NCBI RefSeq assembly: GCF_000150275.1
Contig: NW_002060963.1
Coordinates: 901,262 to 965,261 of the forward strand
Direction: 5' to 3'
Source of the DNA: Trichoplax adhaerens
Lineage: Eukaryota; Animalia; Placozoa
Length of the DNA stretch: 64,000 nucleotides
The position numbers were made by a program, and so were the translations under genes. How positions within the stretch are numbered: position 1 is the first letter of the stretch; each line of letters starts with the position of its first letter. The notes under the pieces are model-generated. The model ran no database searches and was not told the DNA's origin. It saw only the letters and a list, made by a program, of their open reading frames with translations. This document shows, one piece after another, positions 50,669 to 64,000 of the stretch.

Positions 50669-52977
50669 CTAGGTTTTTTTGGGTGGCTTTGTCGGGCCTT
50701 TAATGAATATCGGTTTTATATTTTTAGGTTTATATGAACTATAAGGAGATACTGGATGGCCAACTATCAAAATTGGATTTTTTTTAATCCATAGTCTCCA
50801 TGTAGATTTATGAAATCCGCGAACGTCAAGCTAAGAAACAATAAAACAGAAATTAGACAGATAATACGTCAACCTTCATAACGAACAATCACTTTAAAAT
50901 TTGAATTCGATTATGTATCAAGTAGAAATAAAAGAGTAACTGCTACTTACGTCCCATAATTTCCAACATTTTGCAATTTGCAACCAGGTTTCGTAATCCG
51001 AGAGTTTAGTCATTTGAATGTATACAACATACGTTACATCAGTAGTATTTGGTACAAAATCGTGATGGCAAGGGGATATGGCGTGATTTAATACGACAGC
51101 GTTCTGAACTAACTTATGCATTAATTTTTCATAATTCTTCTGGCGCAGATCTTCAATACCTCTTAAGACCGCGTTGGCATCCGTATTCAGTTTATGAGCT
51201 GTGAAATAGGCATCCTGAAAGTAATTATTCATGTTGACACCTTGGGATCCAAAGTGGAATGTTCTTGAGATATCAGGAATTACACATTCACGCCCTTTTC
51301 GCATAGTAGGAGTCCGCATCCACATGTCCCAATCGAAAAAGGCTTCTGGTCCGGGCCAATGAGGTTCCAGTTCTTCTTTAAATAAGCTCCTTTTTAACAT
51401 CCACCCTAACCCAGGCATAGTTTCAACACGATACAATCGGGTAGGATCATTAGAAGAGTGCTTATAACCTTGATCGTTCCAAGCGGATATGCAATAAATA
51501 TCTTTGTCGTCAATTAAGGGCAGCGTTTGACTAAAATAACTAAAAAAATCTACGGACACATCTAAATCCTCTTCTAATACAATCAAATATTTAGCTTCAG
51601 GATGTAAGTCAAAAGCAGCAGATAAGCTGGCTTTATAGTGCTGGGCAATTCGTCCATTACGCTTACTCACGGGCTTATGTTGTACAGCGCGAATGCCAAA
51701 TAAATTGCATACGGCTAATGGCTCGTCAAAAAAGCCGTCTATAAAGACAGTAATAAGAGATTTGGTAGCACCCTTCGCTGATAATAACGATTGTAACATT
51801 CGAAACAAATAATACGGTCGATTACTAGCAATAACAGCTACAGGCACATTGGCAACTCGATTATTTAGTAACGAAGGTGAAGCAATATCAATCGGCTGAG
51901 GATTACTACAAGCACATAACCGTCCATAGCCTTCGTATCTATTACATAATGTAGCTCTTCGCCGGTTTTCATCATTCTTCGGCCAATTACATCTTCTTTC
52001 TTGATTCGTTTTTAACTGAATTTGAGCAGAGATTTTACATGGCTTGGCCCATTCATCTAATTTCGGTGAAAGAGCGCGTGCTTCAGCATAGTGGACCCCA
52101 TTTTTAGCGATTATCATTGTCCACATATCTCTCCATTTAATCGTTAACGCATATTTACTACCTAGCATAGCTAGTGCTTGTCGAGCATGCTTTCGGATGC
52201 TAAATGTGCCTTCATCTAAGATAGTAAAGCATAAAATTCTGTCATCGGATACCATATCGATAAATTGGATCATCAAGTTGTCCGCTTTGCCAGCATAAGT
52301 ATCGAATCTTCGAGCAGCCATAACAGCACCATTATATTGATTAATGGCAAGAATATGAATTCCTCGCTCCTTTTCCGAAGTAGCTTGCAAGACGACAGTA
52401 CCATCAATAGCGACAGAAGCATTTTTTCGACTAGATAGTACCTATAAAATTGGAGAAAGACAGTCATTATTATTAATATTCTATATTAAAATAAATTCAA
52501 CAGTTTCGAATTCATCCATGATCAAAGATTGCATGTCTTTACTGTATTTAGTTAATATGCCTTGAAGGTAAAAGATTGAATTCAAACTGAAGGCAATATG
52601 ATCACGTCATCAGTAAATCGATGCCACCCATAATGCAGTCTAAAAACTGGCGTACTGCAATCAGTTTCATTCATTATTATCAAGTTGTCGTTGATTCCAA
52701 TTCAATTTACCTCGATAAAAACCGCAGTTTTGGCTGTATCGGATTTCTGCTTATTGTAGCCATCAGCTGATTGGCGATTTCCTACATGATCATAGGAATA
52801 ATCGGTATTCGGCCTATTCTGTAATAGCTCACTAAGTACAAGCCATACATTGACTACAATTGTAATCAAGACAACTAAGAATAAGATAATTTTAATAAAA
52901 GTCCATAAACCGCGCTTTCGCGATATCCATTTTAAATGCGATCGTGAAGATTTGATACGATTGGGGGGGCACATCAT
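50669..52977 (-). CDS. POMGNT1: Protein O-linked-mannose beta-1,2-N-acetylglucosaminyltransferase 1, ~639 aa
   Basis: Exons 52977-52711, 52441-50951 and 50830-50669 (1920 nt). Type II TM, stem lectin domain (RGIHILAINQ..DTY..DEGTF..WRDMW), GT13 catalytic domain VPVAVIASNRP, LEEDLDVSVDFFSYF, CISAWNDQGY, TMPGLGW, WDMWMR. Confidence 0.96.
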
Positions 52978-53884
52978 AATTTTCCTCGTGATTTCCTACT
53001 GGAAGACATACTATGATAATCTAATCGATCATTTAAACAAACGATGGCATCTCCTATGCCACAACCATAGTCATGAAGATAAGGTTGCTATCAGGATGCT
53101 TTATTTCTTCTTCTACAGCTAGATCAATACCAACTGGAATAACCTTCTCATTAATAAGATGATTCGCCTTTCTTCGTCAACGATTAGCAATCGCCATAAA
53201 CGTTCGAAAGTATTCCTGCAGATCTGCAGCTGTTACTGACTTCCTGTATTGTATAGTCACCGTTTGGTACAGTATTACAGTTTTGTAGTGTACAGTGTAC
53301 AGTCCCTAAAAACTTCTTGACATTGTACAGTAGATGTACTGTACACTGTAGAGTGCATACTGTATAATAGTGTATATGTTAATAGATTGACAGCCGAGTG
53401 ATTCAATGGCCCCAAAACAGTTGAGTTTGAACAAGGCCAAACTCATTTTTGGGGGACGTTTTTGACTATATTAGGGTCTTTGGATGCATTTTCATTTTGT
53501 ATCTGGTCATTTCCAGGAATGGCCGTCTTCGTTTTCGATGCAGTCTACGCGTACAGTGCAGTACACTACTGTAGATCACGAGCGCAAGGGTTCAGCGTCT
53601 TTAATTTCGTTTTAGATACTTTGACCTGGGAAAAATGGAACTAAAACTAACGGGCGAATGCAGTTTACTGCAGTATACCGACATCTGGCTAATCTTTGAG
53701 TTCACTGTAGTATATAGAAATGGTTGTACAGCATAGATAGCAATACTTTTCATTTATACTTTTATTAAAATATCATCATTATATATATGTTTTATATATA
53801 TGTCATATATCTATCAATATATATGTTATATATACGTATATATATATTAAAATAATCTTGTGCCGCGTGCGTAACCCTTTATTT

Positions 53885-54005
53885 AGACCAATCAGAACGT
53901 ACGATAGGCGATGACGTAAGCATTAACTAGCCAATGAATACGCTTGAAGCCGACATAGGAGTTCAGTTGCAGGCTTGCAGCTATCCACTCCAGCGAAAGG
54001 TAAGC
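53885..54005 (+). promoter_or_regulatory. CCAAT-CRE-CCAAT element cluster followed by a strong splice donor
   Basis: GACCAATCAG (~53886), ATGACGTAA (~53911), GCCAATGA (~53930), then AAG|GTAAGC at 54000. Confidence 0.4.
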
Positions 54006-54548
54006 CCGGTTATCCCAATTTTCCTGCTCAGAATAAGCATACTCTTCTTCCAGAATAATTTGTGTGCTACACTATCGATGAACTCTCAACGACCACCTCC
54101 ATCTACACTTATAGTGATGCACCTATATTTGATTCTACTGATAGCTATATTTGATATAGTTCGGTTACTTTGAATGGATCTTATCGTCAAGCTCATATAA
54201 GATGATTGCTAACTACTATATTAGCTATTGTCGATGACTTATAGTAGCCAGTTGAGTAATCATAGTACAAGATTTATGTAGCTAGAAAAATTGTAGTTGT
54301 TAAGATGCCCCTCGAAGAAAGGGCCTAGACGTTAATAGAAGAGCACTGACATCTTAAGTAGGAGATTTAGATTATAGAAATAATGATGTATTATTAGAGA
54401 AAAGTATTTTGTTTGATGACTCATGTCTGATTGTAGATTAATCAAGTTGTCATAAATGGATTAACGAAATGTTTATAAAAAACTGCAGAGATGAACCCAC
54501 GGAGGAGAAGAAACTGTACTTCGCTTTGAGCTCGGAATACTTTCGATT

Positions 54549-54866
54549 TTAGACTAGATTCTTGTAGTAATTAACTATTGCCCTACTACTGCTGGTAGCA
54601 CCAGTCGTCGCTGCTGATATTGCAGCACTACCCAACATGCTTCCAGCGCCAACTGTAGAAGCTCAACCAAAAGACTACACTGCTTCATGCATTTTTTAGC
54701 ATTTAAAGCCCTTTCGCCTTCTAATAAAATAGGATGAGCTCTATAGTTCTGAACTAAAGGCTACACCTCCAGCTAAAATACTACTACTTACTGCTATCAA
54801 GCGCAATCCGACACCAATTTGCATATCTGACGTAGTACCCAAAATATGATTTGTATATTTTCTCAT
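54549..54866 (-). pseudogene. Possible decayed Gly/Ala-rich membrane-segment ORF
   Basis: Single 106-codon frame with 4 internal stops: ...IGVGLRLIAVSSSILAGGVAFS...ASTVGAGSMLGSAAISAATTGATS. Family not recognised. Confidence 0.25.
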
Positions 54867-55876
54867 CTCGTTCTCCTGATTATCTATGTTATTGTTTCAT
54901 GTAACATGAATATCTGTCAATATTAGCAAAACTTTAACTTCAGTTCTGAAGTTCTTAAAAAGGAATTTCACAGTAAATTATATAATAACGATTTAGATCA
55001 TTTACTCACACACTAGATTTAATGATCCTTAATATATACACGGTAAAATTCTCAGTTTGCTATTATATGGCTTCATGGCTAGTAATGTACGCGAAAAATT
55101 GTTGCCATATGCTGCCTTCAGAAACCAAAGAAATTGCTATAAACGAGACAGGAAGTTGGCGTTTAGTGGTTATTACTTGACCGTACAGCAAAATGTACTT
55201 GGGCGCCTTTGATTTCGGGTAATTTACATAGATTGTCAAAAAATCATCCTTACTATATATTAAAATGATTTGTTCGGATTTTGCACGTGATGCGTATTCG
55301 CAAAAAAAAGATGTTGATAGCTTAAAGGACTCAATATATAGGCATGGATTAATTATATACTATAGATATTCAATGATGAATAAGGATATAGGTAACTATC
55401 GCTCATAGTGCGGGTACAATCTAATTGATCTAGTTGATAATTATAATTTAATTCATTTATTTTGCCATTTCATGCACGGAAAGTAAGAGTAACAAACTAT
55501 GCCCATCAGACATCACTCTAGAACTATTAAATCTGAAATTTTTAATCGGTAGATTGAGACTCATTTTAAGAATTAATTATTGGATATTCAGTATCATTAA
55601 AAAATTGCTAAGTATTTAGATCTGTCGGCCAAGAATTATTCTCAGTCCAATGTCAAAATATGGCTAACAATTTGGTAAGCAAGGTGTTTTTGAAGCTTTA
55701 TCATAAGAGCAAAGGCATCTCCGTGAAGGATTCGTCACTAGAGAATGAAGAGTCTAGAGTTTCATTTTTAAAGTTTTTATTGGCTTAAGAATGTTCAAAA
55801 CGTATGATAATAGTTTCAGCGTAAACGGAAGTATCTCGATTCTATTAGCGCTGAAAATACGTCTATAAACCCCAAA

Positions 55877-58800
55877 TTAAATTGTTTTGAATAATTTCCT
55901 TGATTGATTTATAATCCTATTTCTACTAAATTTCCACATTAAGAATAAGGCTAACCCAAGAGTAATGCTTATACTTAGACATATAAAGGCAATATTTGAT
56001 TTTAAATTACCAAGTGAATGTTGAGTTGGTAAATTTAAACTATCCTCACTTAGTTTGAAAGATCGAGAAGAAAACCACCTAAGATACAATGAAATCACTC
56101 CAGCAGCCAAAGCAGTATAATGTTGTAAGCATCCATCTTTGGTAAAGAATAAAATAATAGTATAATTAAATTGGGTAAATTAAACTTATCAATATAAAAA
56201 CCGGAAGCATGTCAACTCCACTTCTATTTACTGTAAGTTACGCTAGTAAATTTCATATATTACTGTCACAACCGAAATCGCAACATAAAAATTAACAGGA
56301 TTCTTTCCTCTAAAGTAGTCTCAACTATCTAAGCAACTGACTTGAAGCTCTCTTTAATCTACCAAACTTAGATTTGAGTCTTAGATGATAGAATACTCAC
56401 GCTAAGAATCAAAACTATGTTCTAAAAGCTATTTATTAAAATGACCGATTGAACTCACAACTCCCTCAATTAAGAACTTTGAGGCTTTTATATAGCCTCA
56501 CAAACTTCCTTGGTGCAAAACAATAGTAAATTTATAGCCAAGTCTACATGCTGAATATAGCAAGAATCACAATACACTTTCTATAACAATTGACAGCAGT
56601 TAATTAATGGCTAGTTGTTAACATTTGATTCATTACTCAACGAAATTATATCATCGATGACTCTATAATTAATTAATTGTCAAAATTACCTTCTAATTTT
56701 TGCTCGGTTCTTTTTAATCTTTTCCTATGTGGATTAGATTCTTCATTTTCGTTCCTTTAGAAGATAGTAAGACTTATTTCAATCAAACAATACAAACTAA
56801 CACAATTTACGCTACAGTTAGGTAGGGAGATACCATGATGCATCCAGTATCCGCAGTATTTCAAGTCATACAAGTGTGCTCTAGTTCAATTCGTGGAATT
56901 ATAGTGCTAGTACTACTCCTTTATAGCTCAGAAAGTGTACTTACTTCTTCAATTAAGTTACCAAATATTACAATAAATAAATAAATATATACACAGCCAA
57001 AAAATTAATCTAATAGAAGTAAATTGAAGTACTGGTAGTTACGCAGCACAGAGACTGTGACAATTTATTAAATGATGAATAAATCTATTTTCTAGGCAAG
57101 ATTAACGCAGAGGTTGACTTGATCTCAGTAAGATCTAAACACGACTAAATACAGAATTATTTAAATACAAATTAAAGCATGATATTTTAAGTCTGTAATA
57201 ATGTCTATTCAGGCACCTTGAATCTGTAACCGTATACTTACATCTCGGATTTCTAAATGATCTACTATAAATTACTTGCAAGCAACATTGCTACTTTCAA
57301 GATTTATTGTTAATGTCTGGCTGTATGTGATCGATAATATTAGTATTCTAACACTCAAACATTTTATTTGCATTACTGTAGCTGAGAATGGATGCTAATA
57401 GAAATGTGTAATTAATTGGTTCAACTTAAACGGTTTAATTGTTAGTTACGTAGGTCTAATCAACAAACTGTTTTTTGAGATAACTGATCGTATTAATCAC
57501 GACAATAGCATCAAATATTAATAATTCAGTCAATTTATTAATTGCAATTTAACTTACTTGGGCTTATTTGGATCCAGATAAATATATGGGCCACGATAAT
57601 ATCGAAAACATCCATCTTGAGATTGCCATTTTAGTATCATAGCAATAAATGTCTGGTTAATAAATTGCTGAAAGCCAGGTACCCCTGCGCACGTATAAAT
57701 TTGTTCCAGAAATAAGTCTTGTTTAATTTGCTTCGATAAACCTTCTTTTAAGTTCTCTATCATGCCGTCCCATATTCGAGAGCAAAGCTGATGCTGCAAT
57801 TTTAATAATCCTCCGTATTTTTGCAATTTTTTGTCCAAAATAGTAATACAACCAAATTGTTTCGCCAATAACATTGCCAATACTTGGTGGGTTAAAGTGT
57901 AATCATTGCTATTTAATGATCGAATAAAATCGATACATTCATCTGAAAGAATGCATATGATCATTAATTTTGTAACTGATTAAGAAATCAAATCTTGCAT
58001 CTATATCTAATATTAAAATCTGTAGAATTAAAAATCGACGAAATACTCTGTAATTTTGCGACAAAGCATAAAGAATGTAGGAAAAATTTAGGTTTCTACC
58101 GTAAAATCTATGCTACTCTATCAATTTATTTCGATCTAAAGCAGTGATAGCACTTAATAAAATATGATCAGTAATTTAATCTGAGTATCTATAACGCAGC
58201 ACATATAGCTTGTAAGCAGATGGATGAATGCAATAATGATCGTTTTAGAGATATTAATGTGATGTAAACCTGAGACAGTATCTGCACAATATAAATTATC
58301 TATCCAAAATAAATATGGCATGCTTGTCATTCAGTCTGGGTTGGCTAAAAAGAAGCACTAAGTTCGTATATCTTATGAAGTGTAGCATTCAATGATATAA
58401 AACTAGAGCTTGTATAATATGTTAACTACTTGCATGCTAATATTGAAATACTACATGAAATGCATTCACCTCTTAGTTATTAATCCTAATATAATTTGTA
58501 TTAAAGTAAAGCTCAGTTACCTGTAAATGTGCATATAGGGTGCTCTTTGACTCCCATTATGTCTAGCATATAACGATCCATACTTTTGATTTGATTCCTA
58601 TCGATTTTATGAGCAATGTTCTGATGATAATTTAGTTCAATCAGTTGATGAGGAATTGGGATAGAGTTTTCGAACATTTTAGAGAACGCTTTGTAAGTAG
58701 GATCTGCTTTCTTCAACTTGGATGTTATGTCCTCAATTACCTTATCTGCTGTAGTAAATAACTCTCGGAGTCTTGTAATTTGTTCTTCAGTAAGAATAGA

Positions 58801-59729
58801 TTTGCCTTCATCTGCTTCTTTCAGAGTGACTTTGACATATTCTGTAATAGCAATAGAATAAAAAATAATTGAAGACTCATTAAGTCAATCTTTATCTAGA
58901 TTATTTACTTCAACTGACTGTGATCTAAATGATTTAGTTATCTTACCCTCAGATGATATGGTAGAAAATCAATTTTATACCAAAAGTGAGACGATATTTT
59001 ACTCAGAAAGTACAATCATTTGGTGAAATGCCTAGACATTCTTATTGATGATGAGGCAATAATTCAATAGCGATAATAATTAAGGGAATTACTACATTTT
59101 TCCGTGATAACATGAATCTTTTTCTATGCTAATGAATGGGAAACTCTTTTGGTGACAAATGCCGATGAAATATTATCCAAGTATGTGCAGTGTAAACTGG
59201 TACTATTCTACATGAATATACTACCATTCGGCGGTGGTTAACAGTCTTATGCTAACGCAGTAAGAGACACAAATTTCTGTATTACCTCACTAATTATTGT
59301 TAGTTCTAGGATTATTAAGCAATAGCTTGATGGAAAGGTATACTTAAATATCCGAAAGTAATAAAATCTATTTCAGACTTTATATATATGGCATTTTTTG
59401 GCGTTAATAAATATTTTTTCAAGACATTTACAGTTTGAGTTACAATGCAAATCAAATTCAAAACTTCTCCAGCTCATAATCTTTTCTAGTTTAAAATTTA
59501 AATAACAAAATAGATATCAAAGCTACAAACCTTTGGAGGTATAAAGTCCATAAATGGAATCCATTATAATTTTGTCTCGGTTTTTAGTGTAAAATGATAT
59601 AATACCTCTCCATGATTCAATTAAATCATCAACTGTGACAGTTGGATAAGAATATTCTTGATTAGTGACAAAGTAAAGCTTTGTGATGAATATTAGAATA
59701 GTAAGACTAGCTTGAAAAATGTGAGCCAT
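55877..59729 (-). CDS. UPF0764 / C16orf89-like protein with C-terminal transmembrane helix, 409 aa
   Basis: Exons 59729-59531, 58841-58521, 57942-57558, 56754-56690 and 56136-55877 (1230 nt). Signal peptide; family-like motifs MDSIYG, YTLTHQVL..LLAKQFGC, DLFLEQ..C, ILKWQSQDGCF, RKRLKR.E..L.DGCLQHYTALA. Confidence 0.82.
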
Positions 59730-60982
59730 TTCAATTTCAATATTTCAGTATTACTTTGTCATCTAATTCATCTTTTTACATTCGGAAATACTCTAGTTGC
59801 ATGCTTTGGTTATAAGTTATGATAAAGAGCAAGTATTATTAATAACTTTACTCAAGATTTGGCGGAAAGAAGATCAACCAAAGAGTTGAAATGATGTTCA
59901 GTAACTATTTTTGTTAATAGTTACATGCTATGATTCATAAATATTAATAATTTATTCTTACTGCGTTACAATGGAATCACTTTTATAATGTTAAAACTAA
60001 TTACATTTACTTCGTATTTTATACTCAGCAAATAAAATATATGCAAGAAAATAAAGATAATTATTTTATAAATAAATATTTACATTATATAAATAAGATC
60101 TGATTGGATTTACGCAATTAATCTAATTGTATTAACGAATATAGTTAATCGTGATTCATGTATTTTAATCATTTGACTTTGACTACATGAATATGAATTA
60201 CTTAATGTCGTTTAATTAAACTTTAATCTGATATGCTTGTTTAGTGTATTTTACATATTTTGCAACATTTTTCTATTACTGGAGTAAATGAGTTGATAAA
60301 TGATTATGTAATAAGTTATTAGTACTGTAGTCATAATTTAGGTTGGTGTACGTCTAATTTTTTGTGCAATATTACAGCTTATTTATGATAGCGACTAACT
60401 GAATTCAGATGCAGTTAAAGTGCACTGGAAGCACATTTAATAGACAAAGTTGACATTACAAAGAGTGAAAATTGTCACAAAATGGTCACATTTTTAATTA
60501 TTACCATACTTATTGATGTGACTTGCAGTAACTCATAATTTCTAGAAGAAAGAAATTTATATGCTATAAAGTAATGTTAACAAGTGTCCTATGTAATGAA
60601 ATGAAATATGTAGATATCAAGCTACAAGAACTTCTAAAAAACTTTGATGCTACTCCTTAACACTCTGATCGACTTAGCGAAACTTTGACACTACATAAAA
60701 TTGGGGAAACAACCGATCAACAATTTATTAAGAAAACGTGGGAGAGATAGATCAAGCAACCTTCCAAATACTTAATTCTAAGTATTATAAGTAAAGAAAT
60801 AAAAAAACGACAGAACTGAAACCGTCAACAACCAAACAACCTAACAAAAAGAAGGACGTTTTAACTTACAACAGTTCGACCTTGAAGGCTTTTAAAATTC
60901 AACAAGTTCTTCAAAAGAATCTTCTTTAATCTCTACTCTAAATTTTCTGATTGCACTATCATTTATAGGCTTCGCAGAGCAC

Positions 60983-61641
60983 TTGATGTTTTAGCATGAA
61001 GTTGTATGGTAACTGTACAATTATCGCCGCTGTGGTATTTAAAACTAAATATTTAATAACCAATCACTCTTAAGATCCATTTTGGAAAACTGCTTTGCAC
61101 CACATAAGAAAACAAAAATCATTCAAAATTCAGAAACAATCTACCCTATAATTCCCTTACAAAAAACTGTAAAACCAACAAACTAACTATAAAATACATC
61201 AAGCTTCAGTTCTAACATTATACATTATAAAAGTCTAAAAATTAACCTATGAACATCATGATTTAGTCATAAAAATAACAGTCTAACTACTTTACAATCA
61301 ACACAACCTCTACCATTTGCCATCTTATTTTCTATTTTCTCAACTAAACTTTCCTGTTGTAACTTTCATATCACGTTATAAAATTCCAAAGTTTCAAATT
61401 CATAACGAAAAGTTTAAATTTCAAAAATCAACTCTTACAACATTTTCTAAAAATTAAAATCCTAAAATTATATCGAACATAGATCAGACCGGTTCCGGAA
61501 TCTGAATCCAAAAAGTCCGAATTTTATAAAGATCACATAATCGCATATCATAAAATTTTCTATGATAACATGACTACTTTTCTGACATTAGTATTGACAG
61601 TTGATGTTTTAGCATGAAGTTGTACGGTAACTGTACGATTA
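60983..61641. repeat. 41-bp direct repeat pair, 618 bp apart, within an A/C-skewed segment
   Basis: TTGATGTTTTAGCATGAAGTTGTA.GGTAACTGTAC.ATTA at 60983 and 61601. Confidence 0.75.
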
Positions 61642-63261
61642 CAACCTACATTACAGTACTTTATTCTCATGCTATAAATCCCCTTTCTCTATTGATAGGG
61701 CTTTGTTACTAAGTCAAATTCATTTACAATTTTAAAAGACTATCAAACGCCCTTTCGTTAGATTAGGCGATTGCTCTTAGGTTATTCCTATAGTAATCTA
61801 TATAATATATTGTAAAATAGTGAAGAAGAAAAGATGGCGATATCATGATTTGGCATTGTAAAATTTAAAGATACTATCACTTTGTAGGTAATTTTCTATA
61901 GTAAAGTAATAATAGTTATATACTAAAACCTATAAAGGACTCTGCTTATAGTCCTTTACTACAAGTCAATGCGAGAGGTAATTATATAAGGAGAACGGCT
62001 GATATTGTTTACAAAAAAGAAAGTTCAGTCAAATCATATTTTGCGATTCGCTTCTACATTCAGCTATCAATACATCAATAATAAATCTTTTATTGAAATT
62101 ATAATTATAAATTGACTGAAGTAATATACAAGATTTGCACTAGTTATACACTACTAAGAGAGCAATTTTGAAGAAATAAGTCCGGTAATTAAAAACGAAT
62201 CATTACTAAAATTACTTTTTATTGGACTATATATATTTGTGCTCATCATTCTGCCCTTAATGCATTTATTGACAATTACTACCAAAATAGCTAACTTTTA
62301 GATGTAAAGTACTGATGTAATGATGTAACTAACTTTTAGATGTTAACTGCAGTGGATAAAGATATTGCTCTGTAACCCAATCGTAATAAATTTGGTATTG
62401 CTTTTGGGATACTATCTACACAAATTTAGTTATTTTATTGCACATTCGTTACTTCACTGATATATTGTTGCCCTTCTAGTCTTTTTCGCTAGGTTAGGGG
62501 TAATTATATCAGATACTCTGGCTAGTTGCAATGCACTAAAATACACAATCTAAAATTACTAATAAGTTATCTATATTAGTCTCTGAAGCTTCCAGTCTAA
62601 CTTGCATAAAATCACTCCTAATTTTAACAGCTTATTACATTGTTATAGTAATTAACTTGATTACAGCAATCTCCAATCCGCTATCGTTTTTAGAGTAAGA
62701 ACGAATTGGAGGAATTATAACAAAATCTGTTCTATAAGCTGTAATTAAAGTGTAGATCACACAAATAATTTTATAATTGCAGATGCATTACCGATTGAGA
62801 TACCACGTAATAATACAATAAGCTTTAACAGACAAGGAAAACTTCTTACAACAGCAGATCTTCAAAAAGAAGATCTAAGAACAACAATAACAGAAAAGCG
62901 TAGCTGCTTAAATACATTGTCTAACTTGTTTATAGCATAACGACCGCGAATAATATCGCTTAATACTTCCAGATTTTAGTATGAGAATAAGATTCTATGA
63001 TTACCATTACTGTTTATTCTACTAAACTAAAATCAACATACCTGAATTATCACAAACATTACTTATATATACCTATTATTGTCAGCAGCACTAAATTTTG
63101 GTATTATTTTTAAGTTATATCCAATTTTCTTCTATATATCACGTTGACAATGATAACTTATCTAAGAGCTTCACTATAGGAATTTTACGGGGTACCTATT
63201 ACGAAATAACATCGTGAATGCCATATCGACGAACAATATACCATTTACTGATCGTGAGCAG

Positions 63262-63387
63262 TAGACCATCCTAAAATATCAAAACTACTTAAAGTATTTC
63301 GCAATCCCATTGCTGGTGATACTTAAACTATTACATTATAATTATCTAAAAATATTGTATGTAGTTTTGATATTTTAGGATGGTCTA
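63262..63387. mobile_element. 126-bp MITE-like element with perfect 27-bp terminal inverted repeats
   Basis: TAGACCATCCTAAAATATCAAAACTAC (63262-63288) and its exact reverse complement (63361-63387). The terminal TA could be the target-site duplication. Confidence 0.75.
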
Positions 63388-64000
63388 GTGTGCAGTTAAG
63401 AGCCTACTTTAGTGGAATAACTTCCGGTAATTTGAGAAAATGATAGCAAGAGTATTTTCTTCCATCCTATCGGTTTAATTGTTTTGAAAGAAATCAATAT
63501 CTACTGTATAGATTATAACGATAAATAGTATATTATTTATCTATGAAATGACACAGATCATAACTTACTTTTAGACCGTTATAATTTTGCAATTGTCATT
63601 CTGCCAGGTATTAACAAATTGGATTTATAATAAAGTGCAAATTAGTCAGTATTTTTAGAGCTATTTTACGGTGTTTGCAAAAAGAACTTTTTTGTATTAG
63701 TATCGAATTCCCTTCTACAAGCTAGTATTAAAAGTCTTTGGTTTGTAGTATTCGCACTATATTAGGCTAGATTACTATTAAAGCTATCCGCATCATCAGT
63801 CTAAAATAATCATAGGAATGAATCAGACTGGAGAAGAACAATGCATTGAATTTACAAGCTAGTGAGGATATTATTGTGACTATATTAGTTATTTTTGTTA
63901 GAACGTATTGTAAAAATAAAATTTAACTTAGAAATAATTTAGTGTGAATTAAAAGTAGTCTTTTGTAGTCATTAAGTCATATTTTACGATTATGATAAGG

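Noticed and set aside
53780-53846. AT-dinucleotide-rich tract (and the G13 run at 3532-3544)
   Set aside because: Ordinary low-complexity sequence.
62782-62940. Possible terminal exon (DALPIEIP...EKRSCLN) of a small secreted peptide
   Set aside because: No phase-compatible upstream signal-peptide exon was found.

Overview
This is AT-rich, intron-containing eukaryotic (animal) genomic DNA, not prokaryotic. Composition, short GT-AG introns and gene content fit a compact early-branching metazoan genome such as a placozoan (Trichoplax-like); that assignment is an inference. I assembled ten spliced protein-coding genes by hand with phase-consistent GT-AG introns. In order they are: a membrane M1 aminopeptidase (runs off the left edge, frameshifted within its stalk repeat), a Na+/Ca2+ exchanger (SLC8/NCX), alpha-SNAP, an unannotated 235-aa coiled-coil protein with an SPC24-like tail, DRAP1/NC2-alpha, a CD73-like ecto-5'-nucleotidase, FAM98, PSMD8/Rpn12, POMGNT1 and a C16orf89 (UPF0764)-like protein. 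Non-coding highlights: (i) dense nested TA-CAG-TA/TA-CTG-TA motifs clustered at gene 5' ends, which paralogous repeat copies show arise as discrete 5-bp insertions into TA, the signature of Tc1/mariner excision footprints; (ii) a six-copy, ~330-bp structured tandem array filling the FAM98/PSMD8 bidirectional promoter; (iii) several other tandem duplications, MITE-like inverted repeats and a 25-bp palindromic insertion with a 7-bp target-site duplication. No rRNA, tRNA or CRISPR array is supported.
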